Source: Eremomyces bilateralis CBS 781.70
Taxonomy: Eukaryota
Length of the DNA stretch: 64,000 nucleotides
NCBI GenBank assembly: GCA_010015585.1
Contig: ML975180.1
Direction: 5' to 3' (one strand)
Below, in pieces: positions 1-12,574 of the stretch. A model generated the notes under the pieces. The model did no database searches. It was not told the DNA's origin and saw only the letters and a list, made by a program, of their open reading frames with translations. How positions within the stretch are numbered: position 1 is the first letter of the stretch; each line of letters starts with the position of its first letter. The position numbers and the translations under genes were made by a program.

Positions 1-29
1 CGCCGCCACCACCCAACATCTCCCAAATC

Positions 30-2928
30 CTACTCCGGCTGATTCTCTCCAACGTCCGGAGCACTGGACGGCTCTGTGGCCGGTATCGATGCTGATTCAG
101 AGGCACCACACCCCTTGAGCGGCACGCCGCCGTCCTCCTCGTCTTCTGACAGGGCGCCACCTTTGGCGTCGGCGTTCTTCTCATCGGCTCCTACGTCCGT
201 GGCAGGGTCGGCCGCATCCACATCAATTGGCGACGGCGAATCCTCCGGCTTGTTGATTTGATTGTAGCGTTCCTTCGAGAGATCGATGAGGGGGGAGTCG
301 TCGTTGTAGAGTCGGAGAAGCATCGCTCTGTGACACCATAATGTTAGCAACGGTTGAAAATCAAACGGTTAGACACGGTATCCAAACTTACTTTCGGTCC
401 TCTTTCGGCAACATCAGATTGATACTGTTAATGCTCCGCCACAGCGGAATCGCCATCCGCTCTTGAAACCCATCCTCCTCCTCACTCTGCTCCACCCGCA
501 GCACGAAGCACCCCATGCTCATATCCCGCGCCTTCTCCCCGATCTCCCCCAACTCCCGCCACTTCTCCCCGCCTAGCGTCGGGAACATCTCCTTCAGCAA
601 CTTCCGCAGCGTCTCCCGATGATACAGCCGCACCACCCTCTCCTCGCCCACCCACGCATCGATAATCGGCAGGCCCTCGCTCTGGATCCGCCACCGGCAC
701 ACGTCCCGTCCCTGCGCGTCCTGCTTCTGGAACATTTTCACCCCGCAATGCACGAACTTCATCCCGCGCCCCTGGTTCTCCGACAGGATGTCCTTGGCGA
801 GTTGCGAGGTGTAGTAGATGGACTTGGCCGGCTCGCCTGTGGCGTTGCGGACCATAAAGCGCGTGCGCGGGAAGCGGGCGGCGATGTGGTAGAATTCGTA
901 GACCTCGTCAACCACCGCGTGGTGAGGGGAGATGTAGATGAACGGCTCTTCGAAGGGTTGGTTGGATTTTCGGGGGGGTCGGGTGTCTTGGGACTTGAGG
1001 ATTGCGGATGCCGTTCCGGTCAGGCCGGCGGGTGTGGGCTTGGAATCTTCGGGCGCAGCGTGGCCATTTGTCGAGGCAGCCGGCGCTTTGATTGGCGCTT
1101 CGGTGGCCACAGTTGGCTGCTCCTCGGTCTTCTCAGTCCTGACATCTGAAGGCTCTTCCTCGACCCGCTGCTTTTTCGGTGGCGTCTCGTCTTGCACCGT
1201 TTCGGATGGGTCTTCGAGAGTACGCTTGGTTGAAGCACGATCCCCATTCAACGGACTAGTGGCAGCACCGTTGGCTGGCTCTTCTTCTTTTACCGCTTTC
1301 TCAGACGCGGTACCGTCAATGGCCTTCTTCTTCTGCTGTTCAAGCAGGGCCACGCGGTTGTGCCTTCCTTCCGGAAGCGCACGAATCTCCGATTTCTTCT
1401 CCAAGACGGCAACGAAGAAGCCTCCGGTATCTTGCAGATGCGGATAAAGGCGCACGCACCGCTCGAGCGGGACTTTGTCTTCGGGCGACGAATCGACCGG
1501 TGGGAATACTTCGGGAATAACCTTGTTCTTGGTGTCTTTGGTAGTAGAAACGTCGTCTCCCTTCTCATACTCCTCCCATGAACCCCAGAACTCGCCGTTC
1601 CGATCCATAACTTTCCAATCCGTCAGACCGGGACGTCGTTTCAACTCCGGCAGCTGGTCCGAGCAATCCACCAGTTCAACCTTCTGCAACCCTCCGCACC
1701 GCTCGATCGCGTGCGCTACCACCGCCTCGTTCTCCACGGGGTTCATGCTGCAGGTAGAATAAACCACCCGACCGCCCACCTTCAGCATCTGCAGCGCCCG
1801 CACAAGGATGCGCGCCTGCATCGTGTGGAGCCCGAGCCCGTTCGCGGGGATCCAGTCGCGCCAGACGCCCGGGTTCTTTCGCGCGGTCCCGTCGCCGGAG
1901 CAGGGGACGTCCGCGAGGATGCGGTCGTATTTGAGGTAGCGCTGCGATTGGCCGGGCGCGCTTGGGAGTTGGATGGATGGGAACATGGTGGCGTCGTGGT
2001 TCGTGACGATGAGGTTCGCGGAGTTCAGTCGCTTGGCTTGGTGGATCAACATGTGCGCGCGTTTGTAGTCGACGTCGTTGGCGATCAGCAGGCCCGTTGG
2101 TCGGCCATCGTCGGACCAGTCGTCTTCTTTCTCGAGTTGTGACTGCTCCAATGCCGCCTCGATGCCATCTGGGCTCGCTTCCCGTCCCTCTTCCTTCGCG
2201 ATATCCTTCATGACTTTCCTAACCCGCGCTTCTTCACCCCCATGGATCATCTCGATCAGTTGCGCGGACTTGCTTCCCGGCGCAGCGCAAAGGTCTAAAA
2301 CCGTCATCCCGGGTCGCACGTCGAGCAGCAACGGCGGGATCATGCTGACGACTTCCTGTCGCGAGATGTTGCCGACCGAGGTTTCAGAGACCAGGAACTT
2401 CTGGAAGGATGCGAACGGGGCATATCGGCGGACGACGTTCTTCGGGGTCTTCATCTCCCAAGCGAGATTTTCCGGATACCATGGTAGCTGCTTCGGAGGC
2501 TCGGCGAGTTGGCCGTCGAGCTCGACGGTCTTGATCTCCGGGATGTAGTGCGAGACAAGACGTTCTTGGACGGTCAAAGCATGACTAGACTAGTTAGCGA
2601 CGTTCTTGTAGCAGAGACATGCAGATTCGCACCCTTTCGATCCAGCAAAGCGAAAGCTGTTTGGCAATTCTCGGCGGAGCGCAGTCCAGAATGCCTCGAC
2701 GTCTTCCGGGCCATCAAATAAGCCCAGTTCGCCATAGTATTTCTCGAAAAGTTCGTTCTTCTTCTCGATGGGGTCGTAGTTGGCGGCTCGTTGTCCTCCA
2801 CCGCCGCCGCCGCGCCTTCCTTTACCTCCCCAGTTCTATAAATCAACCGTCAGCCTCATGCTAGCGCATATATTCGTCGCATTTGAAGGATGGATACATA
2901 CGCCTCGTTTTCCGCCTCGTCGCCCCAT
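30..2928 (-). CDS. NCL1: tRNA (cytosine-5)-methyltransferase NCL1/TRM4 (NSUN2 family), 4 exons
   Basis: Start MGRRGGKRG at 2928, followed by a GTATGT intron (2901-2836). Exon 2 reads ...ALRRELPNSFRFAGSKG. The main ORF (388-2577) has VLDLCAAPGSKS, ANDVD, DRILADVPCSGDG and YSTCSMNPVENE. The last exon (AMLLRLYNDD...) ends at the TAG at 30. Confidence 0.95.
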
Positions 2929-3870
2929 AGTGCAAAGTTTTGGACTGGAATATCTCGAATGTGGTGGAGATATCGGCTTCCAGATTCGATGGCGGAGCTT
3001 GAAATTTTCAATTGGTGTAGGTATTGGAATTGGGAGTCCCCTCAATGAATAGGCGTTGGGCGTTACAATTCAGCGGGACGACTTTTTTCTGGGACTAGCG
3101 GCGGAGATATCCTGGTCCCAATGATGACAATGAATGATGTCGCGTTATCGAAACAACAATAATATTCACCTTGTTTTTCATCTCAATTCACAGCTGCGAG
3201 CTGGCTGCTCAATGCTCATCCATCAGTCGGCGCGAATGGCGAATTCCAGACCGTTTCGAATCGTGCAGGAGAGCAAGGATGGCTACCATACAGCAATCCA
3301 TCTCCTCCACTTCTTTCAATCGAATCGAACAAGTGGGGCCAACTGAAGCTTTGGGATTTGGCCGAATTCACATGTTGAAATCACTAGGAATGATGCAAAC
3401 TCAGTTCTGCACCAAGTTCTCAAATGACTCAATTGCCGTTAGTAACGTATCAATTGACGTAATCTAGAGTATAGACGCACCCAAACAAGGCGAAGATTCC
3501 CGTACCAAATACCCTAAGTGCCCATCAGATCAGATCCGCCTTAACCCTACTTTAGGATCGTGAAAGAATCTGAGAGTCGGGATCTGTAGATAGTACGGGA
3601 TTGAGACTAGTTACCGACTGCCTGCGATTGAACCCTACGTCTAGACACACAATCTGAGTCGTCACCAGACAAGAATTGATGAAACCAGGTCTTCCTGCGT
3701 CTCGGTCTTGACCTTATAAAGTCGGTCACCTGAACACAATTGATTTATACCTACAGCATACCACCCTCAAATTGCTCTACATCACCTCTCCCCATTACAT
3801 CTCACTTGGGATCGAATCCATCGACATCACAACCTTTTAAGTTCAACTGCCTCTCGAGCACTCGTCCACC

Positions 3871-4875
3871 ATGGGAAGCATCATCAGCCTGATGAGGGCC
3901 TTCCTCGACCAATCTTACTGCATCCCCAACCCAACCTTCACCCTCAAAGACCTCCCCGACCAATCCGACAAAGTCCACATCGTCACCGGCGGCTACGGCG
4001 GCGTGGGCCTCGAGCTCGTCCAGCTCCTCGTCCAACGCAACGCCACCGTCTACATCGCCGGCCGCACCCAGTCCAAATACGACGCCGCCCTCCCATCCCT
4101 CCGCGCCGCCTTCCCCGCCTCTACCTCCCGCATCGAGTTCCTCCCCCTCGACCTCGCCGATCTCCCTTCCATCCCCGCCGCCGCCAACCGCTTCCTCGCC
4201 GCCGAATCCCGCCTCGACGTCCTCACCAACAACGCCGGGGTCATGGTGCCCCCACGTGGCAGCGTCACCGCCCAAGACTACGAGCTCCAAATGGGGACGA
4301 ACTGCCTCGGCCCCTACCTTTTCACTCAATGCCTCCTCCCCCTCCTCCAACGCACCGCTGCTACCGCCCCCCGGCACTCCGTCCGTGTCACCTGGGCCGC
4401 CTCCATCGTCATCGAGCAAGCGCCGACGGGCGGGATCGCGTGGAACGCCGCGACGGGGGGCCCGACGGTGCTGGGCGGGCTAAACGGGGTGCGGCGGAAC
4501 TACGCGCAGAGCAAGGCGGGGAACGTGATGCTGGCGACGGAGTTCGCGCGGCGGTATGGGAAGGACGGGATCGTGAGCGTGTCGTGGAACCCGGGGAACT
4601 TGGCGTCGGAGCTGATGCGCGATGTGCCGAGCGTGGCGCGGTGGCTGGCGAGGTGGGTGTTTTTGCATCCGGTGAGGTTGGGGGCGTTTACGGAGTTGTT
4701 TGCGGGGTGGAGTCCGGAGATTGGGGAAGGGAGGAATGGGGCGCATGTGATTCCGTGGGGGAGGCTGGGGGGGTATCGAGAGGATTTGGTGAGGGCGACG
4801 AGAGATGGGACGGCGGAGAGGTTTGTGGAGTGGTGTGAGAGGGAGACGAGCAAGTATGCGAAGGTGAAGCTATGA
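3871..4875 (+). CDS. Short-chain dehydrogenase/reductase (retinol-DH/WWOX-like), intronless
   Basis: TGGYGGVG Rossmann motif, LDLADL, NNAGVM, YAQSK catalytic motif, NPGNL. Confidence 0.93.
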   Translation: MGSIISLMRAFLDQSYCIPNPTFTLKDLPDQSDKVHIVTGGYGGVGLELVQLLVQRNATVYIAGRTQSKYDAALPSLRAAFPASTSRIEFLPLDLADLPSIPAAANRFLAAESRLDVLTNNAGVMVPPRGSVTAQDYELQMGTNCLGPYLFTQCLLPLLQRTAATAPRHSVRVTWAASIVIEQAPTGGIAWNAATGGPTVLGGLNGVRRNYAQSKAGNVMLATEFARRYGKDGIVSVSWNPGNLASELMRDVPSVARWLARWVFLHPVRLGAFTELFAGWSPEIGEGRNGAHVIPWGRLGGYREDLVRATRDGTAERFVEWCERETSKYAKVKL

Positions 4876-4961
4876 TTGATACCCGGGTGTATTCTCTGTA
4901 CGATTTTCGACTTGACTACGACTTCTCTCTACCAATGCCACGCATGGGCCATTCCATCTCG

Positions 4962-5863
4962 TTACATGGAAGCTTTGAGAACGGACCACGACTCATCCTG
5001 TCCCCCCAGATACCGCTTCTCCGCCGTCCTCCAGTTGATGATATTCCAAATGTTCTTCACATATGCCGCCTTCCCATTCTGATACTGCAGATAGTACGCA
5101 TGCTCCCACATATCCACCCCCAACACCGGCACCTCCCCCTTCCCCACCACCGGATCCTGATCCTTCGTCGTCACGATCGCCAACCGCCCGCGCTCCCCCG
5201 TGTGGTTCTCCACCTTCACCAACCACCCCCACCCGCTCCCCTGGATCCCCAGCAACGCCGTCTCGAACGCCTCCTTAAACTGTGCCTCCCCGCCCCACGT
5301 CCGCTTGATCGCGTCCCCGAGCTTCGGCGCCGCGGCGAGCGTCGCGTCGGGGGATGAGGCGGGGCAGAGGTTCGCCCAGAAGAGGGAGTGGTTGATGTGC
5401 CCGCCGCCGTTGAATTTGATGGCTTGCTGGAGGGAGATCTGCGCGGGAACGTTGCCGGTGGAGAGCGCGGAGGTGTAGGACGACAGCGCGTTGTTCAGGT
5501 TGGTGACGTAGGTTTGGTGGTGCTTCGAATGGTGAAGCGTCATGATCTGCTCGGAGATATGCGGTTCCAGCGCCTGGGGCATATTAGCTTCGTTCATTTG
5601 CAATGGGAGGCACCCACGTTGTAGGCGTATGGCAACTTCGGCAGCGAATACTGATGAGCCATGTTGGGCAGAACGGGTGCCGGTATCACGGTTTCTGTCA
5701 AGGTTGTGGGAGTGGGTGATAACAAGTACCTCGCGAGCAAGGCAGTCAGTAGCAGAAGCGGAACGAAAGCGAAGCGTTTGAGCAAGTCTTGCACGTCGTT
5801 TCTCGATTCTTTCGAGTGTCGACGCGGCTCTGTACGTGTTTGTGTGTGGTGTTTGTTGGCCAT
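4962..5863 (-). CDS. SOD2: Manganese superoxide dismutase; core start at 5662, in-frame upstream ATG at 5863; one intron (5617-5574)
   Basis: YSLPKLPYAYN|ALEPHISEQIMTLHHSKHH, NGGGHINH (Mn-type), GIQGSGWGW, DMWEHAYY. Confidence 0.93.
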
Positions 5864-7521
5864 TTTGCTGCCGGTTCCTGTTACGGTGATGTCCCGTGTG
5901 GACGATGGCGTGGATCTCTCCGGACCAACGTGGATGGAGTGCGGGATTCTGATGTCATCTACCAGTCATCATGCGCACATCTTCTATCATGATCCATCGT
6001 TCCGGCCATCATGGTGTTTGGGATGCTCTGTTCGGAAGTCGCGGAAGTCACATCTAGCTCAAACATGCTCAGGGGGGCAATGCAGGGAAGGAGCGGGATG
6101 ATCCGCTGACCTAGACGGAGATCCTGTTGAACCTTGATGTCTGCTCAGCAACAAATCATGATACTGTACGTGCAACTTCTTAAGCCGAATTCCAATAGCT
6201 CCGGACTCCGGAGACGGTGGACTGGGCATCACCATAGAAATTGAGAATACGGCAGTGAAGTACACAATGCAGTACGGAGCTAGGCGATATATTGATATAT
6301 CCACTGACTTCACTGAGCAGTGTAGGCGGGCCACACTTCCCGATCCTACCATCGCAATATCAGGATGAAACTTGCTCATACAGACCCATCATCCGACAAT
6401 AGTAGGCCCACTAGGTCCTATCCATATGGTCACTTCCCATCGGAGCCGTCAATGCTTTTCTTCATGTGGAAGTCTTGAAGAGAGGTATATCGAGAGATCG
6501 TTTGCCTTGTCCATGTACTCTATATCAGTGTGCTCGGGTTTGCCATCCATAACGGTGATAGCTTCGTGTCATTATTCCTTTACTTCATGGACATGACTTA
6601 CGGTCGATGATTCCCTTCTTCTATTTCTGATCCTCCTTTTTAATGAAGTATTCTTGCTGTCGCTTCGTACCATTTGGGCTGCTCTCGGATTATTCTGGTT
6701 ACCTTCCCTTGAATTCCTGAACAGACATCTGAACCAGAACGGTTCCCCTTCATCTACAACATGTGCGGTCCATCCCGGCCTTCTCTCGGTGGTGCGATTG
6801 CAATCCTCCACCCTGCCCGTCATCTCGACGACTCCTTTCCTCAGTCCTCTCCTCTCCCACCCTCCCTCGAACAACCATTCCGCCTCCTCTTCCATCCCCC
6901 TCTAACGACTGGTCCCCCATCCCCTCGTCTTTGCCTCCACTTCTCCTCGCGTGATCCATTCATGAAAGACGCGTCGGACGCTGTCTGGCTTGTCATATAG
7001 TAAGAGGGTTCCCTGCCTTCCATCTTCGGGACTAATCCGGCTATAGCTCTGACGGTGATCTCGCCTCAAAACACCAACGGCCTCCGCTCTGGCGATTCCC
7101 CGTTTCCGCCTGCAATGGCATTGGAGAGCTGGACGGAGCGGAGGACATGCAGCTCGCCGTGGGGAGCCGAGGGGTTATCGGAAGACGGGTCGAGTTGCTG
7201 CAAGGGCGGAGGACGGTTGCCGAAGGTGTCGTAGGGTGGAACTGAAGTCAGTGATTTTGTCTTCGAGCCGATTTCCTCGGTCCTCATGGCGTCATGTAGT
7301 CGGTATGGTATCCATGGCACGGTAACGACGGTAAAGACCAACGGAAAAATTCGCAATTTGTTGTCGCTAAATGCACTATCAGAATACTTTTGAGCCCTAT
7401 TCCAACACCCTGCTCGCTGAATACACCTGTTCCTGTCACTGTGTCAATTGAAATCAAATTTAACTGTCCTTTTCCATCTCCACTTCGAAACCAGGGCGCG
7501 GCTAAGGTCTATTTACACCCA

Positions 7522-9114
7522 TCATGCCGTTTGATCCGAATCGACCCGATTCTCCTGCATGCTCTTCTTCGTCTGGAAGCCCATCTTCGCCTTGCTGGAG
7601 AGCGCCTCACGGACCGCCTTCTCTCCCCGAGCGTTCCACGCAGCGAAGCTAGAATTGCTGATTGGATACAGCACCTTGTTTTCAGGAACCTTCATCCATT
7701 CGTTGGGGGTCGGCATCTTGATGCTCATGATGGTGTCGATCTCCTCGCTCAGGACGTCGCAGAACTGATCGAGAGGCAGATCGTTAACGTCCCGTCCGAA
7801 TGGATTCTCGATCTCGCGTCCGATAAGGGCAAGGCCGAGGATAATGTAGGCGGCGACGAGAGATCCGGGGATGGCGATCCAGTTGAGCGTCCCGACTAGC
7901 TGGAAGGGAAGGATTATGATGTAGAGCCAGGTGATCTGCGCGATGGCGATGGTATATGCCGTGGGGAGAGGGGTGTTCAAGACACGCTCACACCCGACCA
8001 GGACCTCGTTGAAGGTGGAAATTGAGTTGGCTTCAGTCTGTCAGGCCACATTCAAGAAGTCTTCCAAGATTACTTACCAGCATGGACCTGGAACATCGAG
8101 GTCCGCAACATCTCATCCCTCATGCTCGTCTCGATGTAGATCGACAGGTACGAGAGGATCTCCAGCGGTAGGTTTCCGAGCGGCTTCGTCGCCTTCTTCA
8201 TCACCTTTCGAGGGTTGGACTCTGCGAATGACACCCCAAGGTACTGGCCGGTCGCCTTCAACAGGCCGTGTCGCTTCTCATTGCCACCATCGATGTCCGA
8301 GGCGTCTCGCGCAAAGGTATCGAGGTGATCAACCAGGCCGCATATGTCATCGTAGTGGATGAAAGGTTCGAACCGCAGACGATGTTTAAGGGCAATGCAA
8401 AATGCGACGATGAGGTTCAAGGCAGTGCTTCGACTGATCAGCAGCGGAACATTTACATCAAGGAATCACTTACACTTTCCCCAAGAGGTCCTCAGTATAC
8501 GTCTCCTCGCGTTCATGGACATGGATCCAGATCGTCCTCGCCAGAGTCTGGGCCGTCTGAATGAGTTGACCCCAATATTTCCGGCCCTCGGCATACCTCT
8601 CGTACGCGGTCGAGCTGCGGAAGGACAGCGCCAAACCGACCACGAAACCCAGCACGGTCAGCAACACGTTCGAGATGCCGAGCGGCGTCACCAGCTCGCT
8701 GATCACTGTGATGGCAGTGGACCAGCATCCGACGACGATGAGGGGAAGGATCATCTCCGGTAGGATGCTGCCGTGAAGCCGCATGAATATCGGCCATTTC
8801 GAATGGCGGTCATACTCTTTCGGTCCGGCCTAGCACCAGTCAGAAAACGTCAACGATGGGAGAGTTCGTCGTACGAAATAATCCTCGATGTCGGTCGTGG
8901 ACCGTCGTCGGAACCGCGGACGCCCATCTAGCTTTAAGGGAGACATGGGCGGTTCCTCGACCTCTTCACGTGGCTCGGTCGGCTTCTCTTGCAGGTCCAA
9001 TGGCGGAGGGGCATGCGTTTCCTGCTGTCCGGCCATCGTGGACGCGCTGGACGGGAGGTCGGTATCGACCTTGATGTCCTCGACTGTCACCTTCTGGCGG
9101 GGTTGCTCTTCCAT
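7522..9114 (-). CDS. Bestrophin-like (UPF0187/YneE family) membrane channel protein, 4 exons
   Basis: RHSKWPIFMRLHGS, LSFRSSTAYERYAEGRKYWG, ALKHRLRFEP, ERVLNTPLP.AY, GREIENPFGRDVNDLPLD. GT-AG introns join the ORF pieces. Confidence 0.9.
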
Positions 9115-10151
9115 CGTGAAGCTCAAATCTCAACTACTTACCCGATGTCGCTAACAAAGGAAATGGGGATGGATCAGCGAGTGAAAATGTGATCAAAACT
9201 GGATCTCATCGGTTCTGGGCCATGCGACGGTTTTGAACGTGAATTGCGCATGGACCGACGTGACCAAAATAAACGAAAAACACCCCCTTTCTCCTGCGCG
9301 AGAAAGCTTGTTACCGACAAGTGCGAGTCCAGGATGGCATGTCAAACTCCAGCCAGTCCCCTCGAAAACGTCAATAATAATTATTGCCCACATGCCCTGG
9401 GCCCAAAGCATCCCCAGAGCGGCAGCGCCCCGAGCGACAAGCCGCTTTCCCAGGACTGGTGAAACCGACAAACTGTCAGCTGCGTTTCATGAGAATGGGC
9501 GAATCATGAAGATTAGCCCTGATTCCGCCCCTGAATTGAGAACCCATGGCATGGGGGATTGAAACAAGGGCACTCTGTAGCAGCCGCACAAAGCGGTGGC
9601 CCTGATGACTGATGGGTTCAATTCGGAGGTGGTGGTCGACACTCGACAATTCCGTCGACATGGCTCCTGGAACCTGATTACTGGCATCGGTCATTCAATT
9701 TCATTGAACGCGTTTTACCAGCTAATTACTACTAGTAGTAGACCGGATTTCCGCCATTGTTGCTACTTCATCACCGGAGGAGTTGAAGGACATCAGAATC
9801 AGGGACGGAATCGCTATAAAGGATCAACAGCGAGTCGCGTCGCGCCGAGGAGCCAACGCATCCAACCATTCCGCTTCAGGTTTTAGGCCCGGGTCTTCAC
9901 GCGTTTTCGCTTTTTGCTCAACGGCTCAATGTCAGCATCCACGCCACTAGCTAGAGTCTAGACCATCAGCCCGATGGAAAAGGCTCTGTTTGGCCGTCGA
10001 TGCGATTCAGGTAGTTGAACCTCTCATTCTCAAAATACCCATCAAGAGCCAACCAAAATACGACATCAACCATCTCGACATCAGCAGAGTGCTGATCATG
10101 AGACACGAAGACCATTACGATAATATTAATTACTTGCAGCTTGCTGACCGA

Positions 10152-11649
10152 TCACCTCATATTGAGCCCTCGGAACCATTTGCCTGCTCCCTCTCCCTTG
10201 TTTCCCTTCTCCCGGAGTCTCTCAGCCTCACGCCTGGCCTGCGCCTTGAGGAGCATTCGCTCTATCAACGCCCTTTCTAGATTGTCCACCTCTGCCTGGC
10301 TGATCTGCCCTCGTCCTCCATCTCTCGCGGTATCCGCCTCATTGGGCACCCATCCCTCCGTCACGGGCGCAATCCCCACGCATCCAGCCAAGTTCATCGA
10401 CTTGCGCAGCAGCCAATTCCCATGAACCAGTCCGGTCCTCCAGTTTTCCGGCAGCGCGGCATACCCAAACCAGGCTCCCAGCAACGCTCCCGCGATGCAG
10501 GCGTTCGTATCCGCGTCGCCGCCGTGCATGACGAGGGAGGAAATGATGGCTTCGAACCCGTTTCCACCAGATCGGGCGTCCTCGGGAGCGGAATTAGTCG
10601 TAAGTTCGCCGCGCATGGCAAATCGTAATGATAGGATGGCCGATCCAAGCGCCTTATACACGTACCCCATCTTCTGCGAATCATCCAGCTCGAGAGCGGT
10701 GAACGAGTCTGCGTGGGTATGCCGGTCAAACTCCTCGCGGAGCCACCAACTCGACGCCTCTGCATGACGCTTGGCCTCACCCTCGACCTGGACTGTCGGG
10801 TCTTTTCGAGGATCGTTGAGCGTTTCCCTCTCGTCGACCCACCTCCAGGCCCGATGGAGCGCGGCGTCGATATCCTGCTCGACGAGCACTTCCCCGCGCA
10901 CAATCCCCCTGACCAAGGCAACGAGGACGCAGCACGAGACGACGCATCGTGGGTCGACGTGCGTCGTCCTTCCGATGTCCGTTGCCGTTTCGAAAGCCTC
11001 GTCTTCGCTCTTTCCAACGCACATGATGCCTACGGGGTGAGTCCGCATGAGTGAGCCATTGGCGGCGGGTTTCCGATCCTTTGGTGCGATCTTCCACTGC
11101 CGTAGTGCGACCGCATAGAGCTTGTCGGACGAACCGAACTCGGGATCAAGGGCGACTCGTCCAACGGTCTGCCCGATCCCTAGTGGCAACCGATCTAATG
11201 CACGTAGCCCTTGCCGAACCCATATTTTGAGCCTCTGGGCGAACTCAAAGGGTACGAAGGTTGGGTCTCCTTTGCAGTCTAGGAAGGCCAGGAGGATGAG
11301 CAGTGCTTGATCGGTGTCGTCTGTCCATGAACCCTAATGTCGTCCATCAGTCGGTGACATCATGTCGTGCTAGTACGTGGACCTACTAATTCGAACTTAT
11401 CTGATAGGGTCAGCAAACATAGGGAGAGACATGGAAAACAAGTTTCATACCACGATGGCTATCCTCTCGAAACGGCGTAGGTGGATGTAGAGAGAATCTC
11501 CCATCTGGATACGACCGATCACATTCTGTCGCCGGAAGGAACTCGGTATATAAACCAACCACGTCGCCTAAAGCAGATCCAATGATGGTGCCATTGCATT
11601 TGTCAATGGCAGTGCTACGGACAAAGGGGTGGAGAAATATGAAGTCCAT
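10152..11649 (-). CDS. ADP-ribosylglycohydrolase (ARH/DraG family), 3 exons including a 14-nt microexon (11387-11400)
   Basis: GSALGDVVG, spliced GSWTDDTDQA, AANGSLMR, TTHVDP and GGDADTNACIAGALLGA: the Mg-binding TDD and DxDT motifs of the family. Confidence 0.92.
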
Positions 11650-12574
11650 CTGCGCGACTCAATTTCAGAACTCAACAGACACGATTAAACAAAGCCGGAA
11701 CGCATTACAGTTCGCCGACATAAATTGAACGAAACAAAATATTACAGGACCTCATTTACGAGGCCAAGCTGGCACTTGTAGAAATGTCGCTGCCTGGTGC
11801 TCACCAGAGGAGCTCTTAATTACACAGTACAGAGTTGTGGTTGATTCAAGGATAAATACGAGGTCGATGTCGTGTCAAGAGCCCAAGCTGAGCCCTCGCT
11901 CGCGTTCAATGCCCTGGAGAACAATTTTATTGCGGCCTCTTCAAATCCCCCAAGTCGACGAGCAGTCCCATCTTGCAGCTCCCGATATGAATAAGTACCT
12001 ATACTTTTAAAGGTTCCTTTCCAAAATATCCGATATCATGTATTTTTTTAATATAAATCCCTATTTATTGTACTAAAGGTAAGGTTCTTTTGAGATACTT
12101 GATACGGGCTGTTTCGCTCATGGTAACTTTCAGACAATCACAAGGTTCCTTGTACTCGTAAATGTATTCTGCAGCCTTGAGCTGGATGGCTGCCTCCTCA
12201 TGATCTCAAAGAACCGGACAGGGCTCTGAAGATTGACTCATACCGGTTCGAGATGCGGACCAAAAGGGTTGGAAATCGAAATCTTACCAACCGATAAGTA
12301 ACTACTGTCCGCACTTTTCTATTTCTGATGAAGGAGTCGAACACCTTCAGCATATTACGGGATAGAGCCACCTGGTTTCATACATTCTTCGCAGAAAACT
12401 TCATCACAAAAAACGGTAGCTAAGATCTCGCATCTCATCAACGGGTGGAATTACTTGCTTTGTTACCTTCCAGGCACCGACCATAAAGCCTACGTCACTC
12501 CAAGAACGGGTTAGACCAGCTTTGACGTATACGTATTACAATCCACCTCGAGCTCTGAACAGATTGCAACCAAA

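Noticed and set aside
3121..3346. ATGATGA box-C-like motif suggesting a C/D snoRNA
   Set aside because: No CTGA box D at a suitable distance, and no terminal stem or guide sequence.
4860..4975. Possible PTS1 signals at the SDR (-VKL) and SOD (-ASM) C-termini
   Set aside because: Neither fits the canonical [SAC][KRH][LM] consensus, and there is no TGA-CTA readthrough context.
6059..7356. Short minus-strand ORFs, including MDGKPEHTDIEY...RLRWEVTIWIGP, vaguely like an MFS N-terminus
   Set aside because: Interrupted by stops, with no coherent TM pattern or splice model, so a pseudogene call is not supportable.
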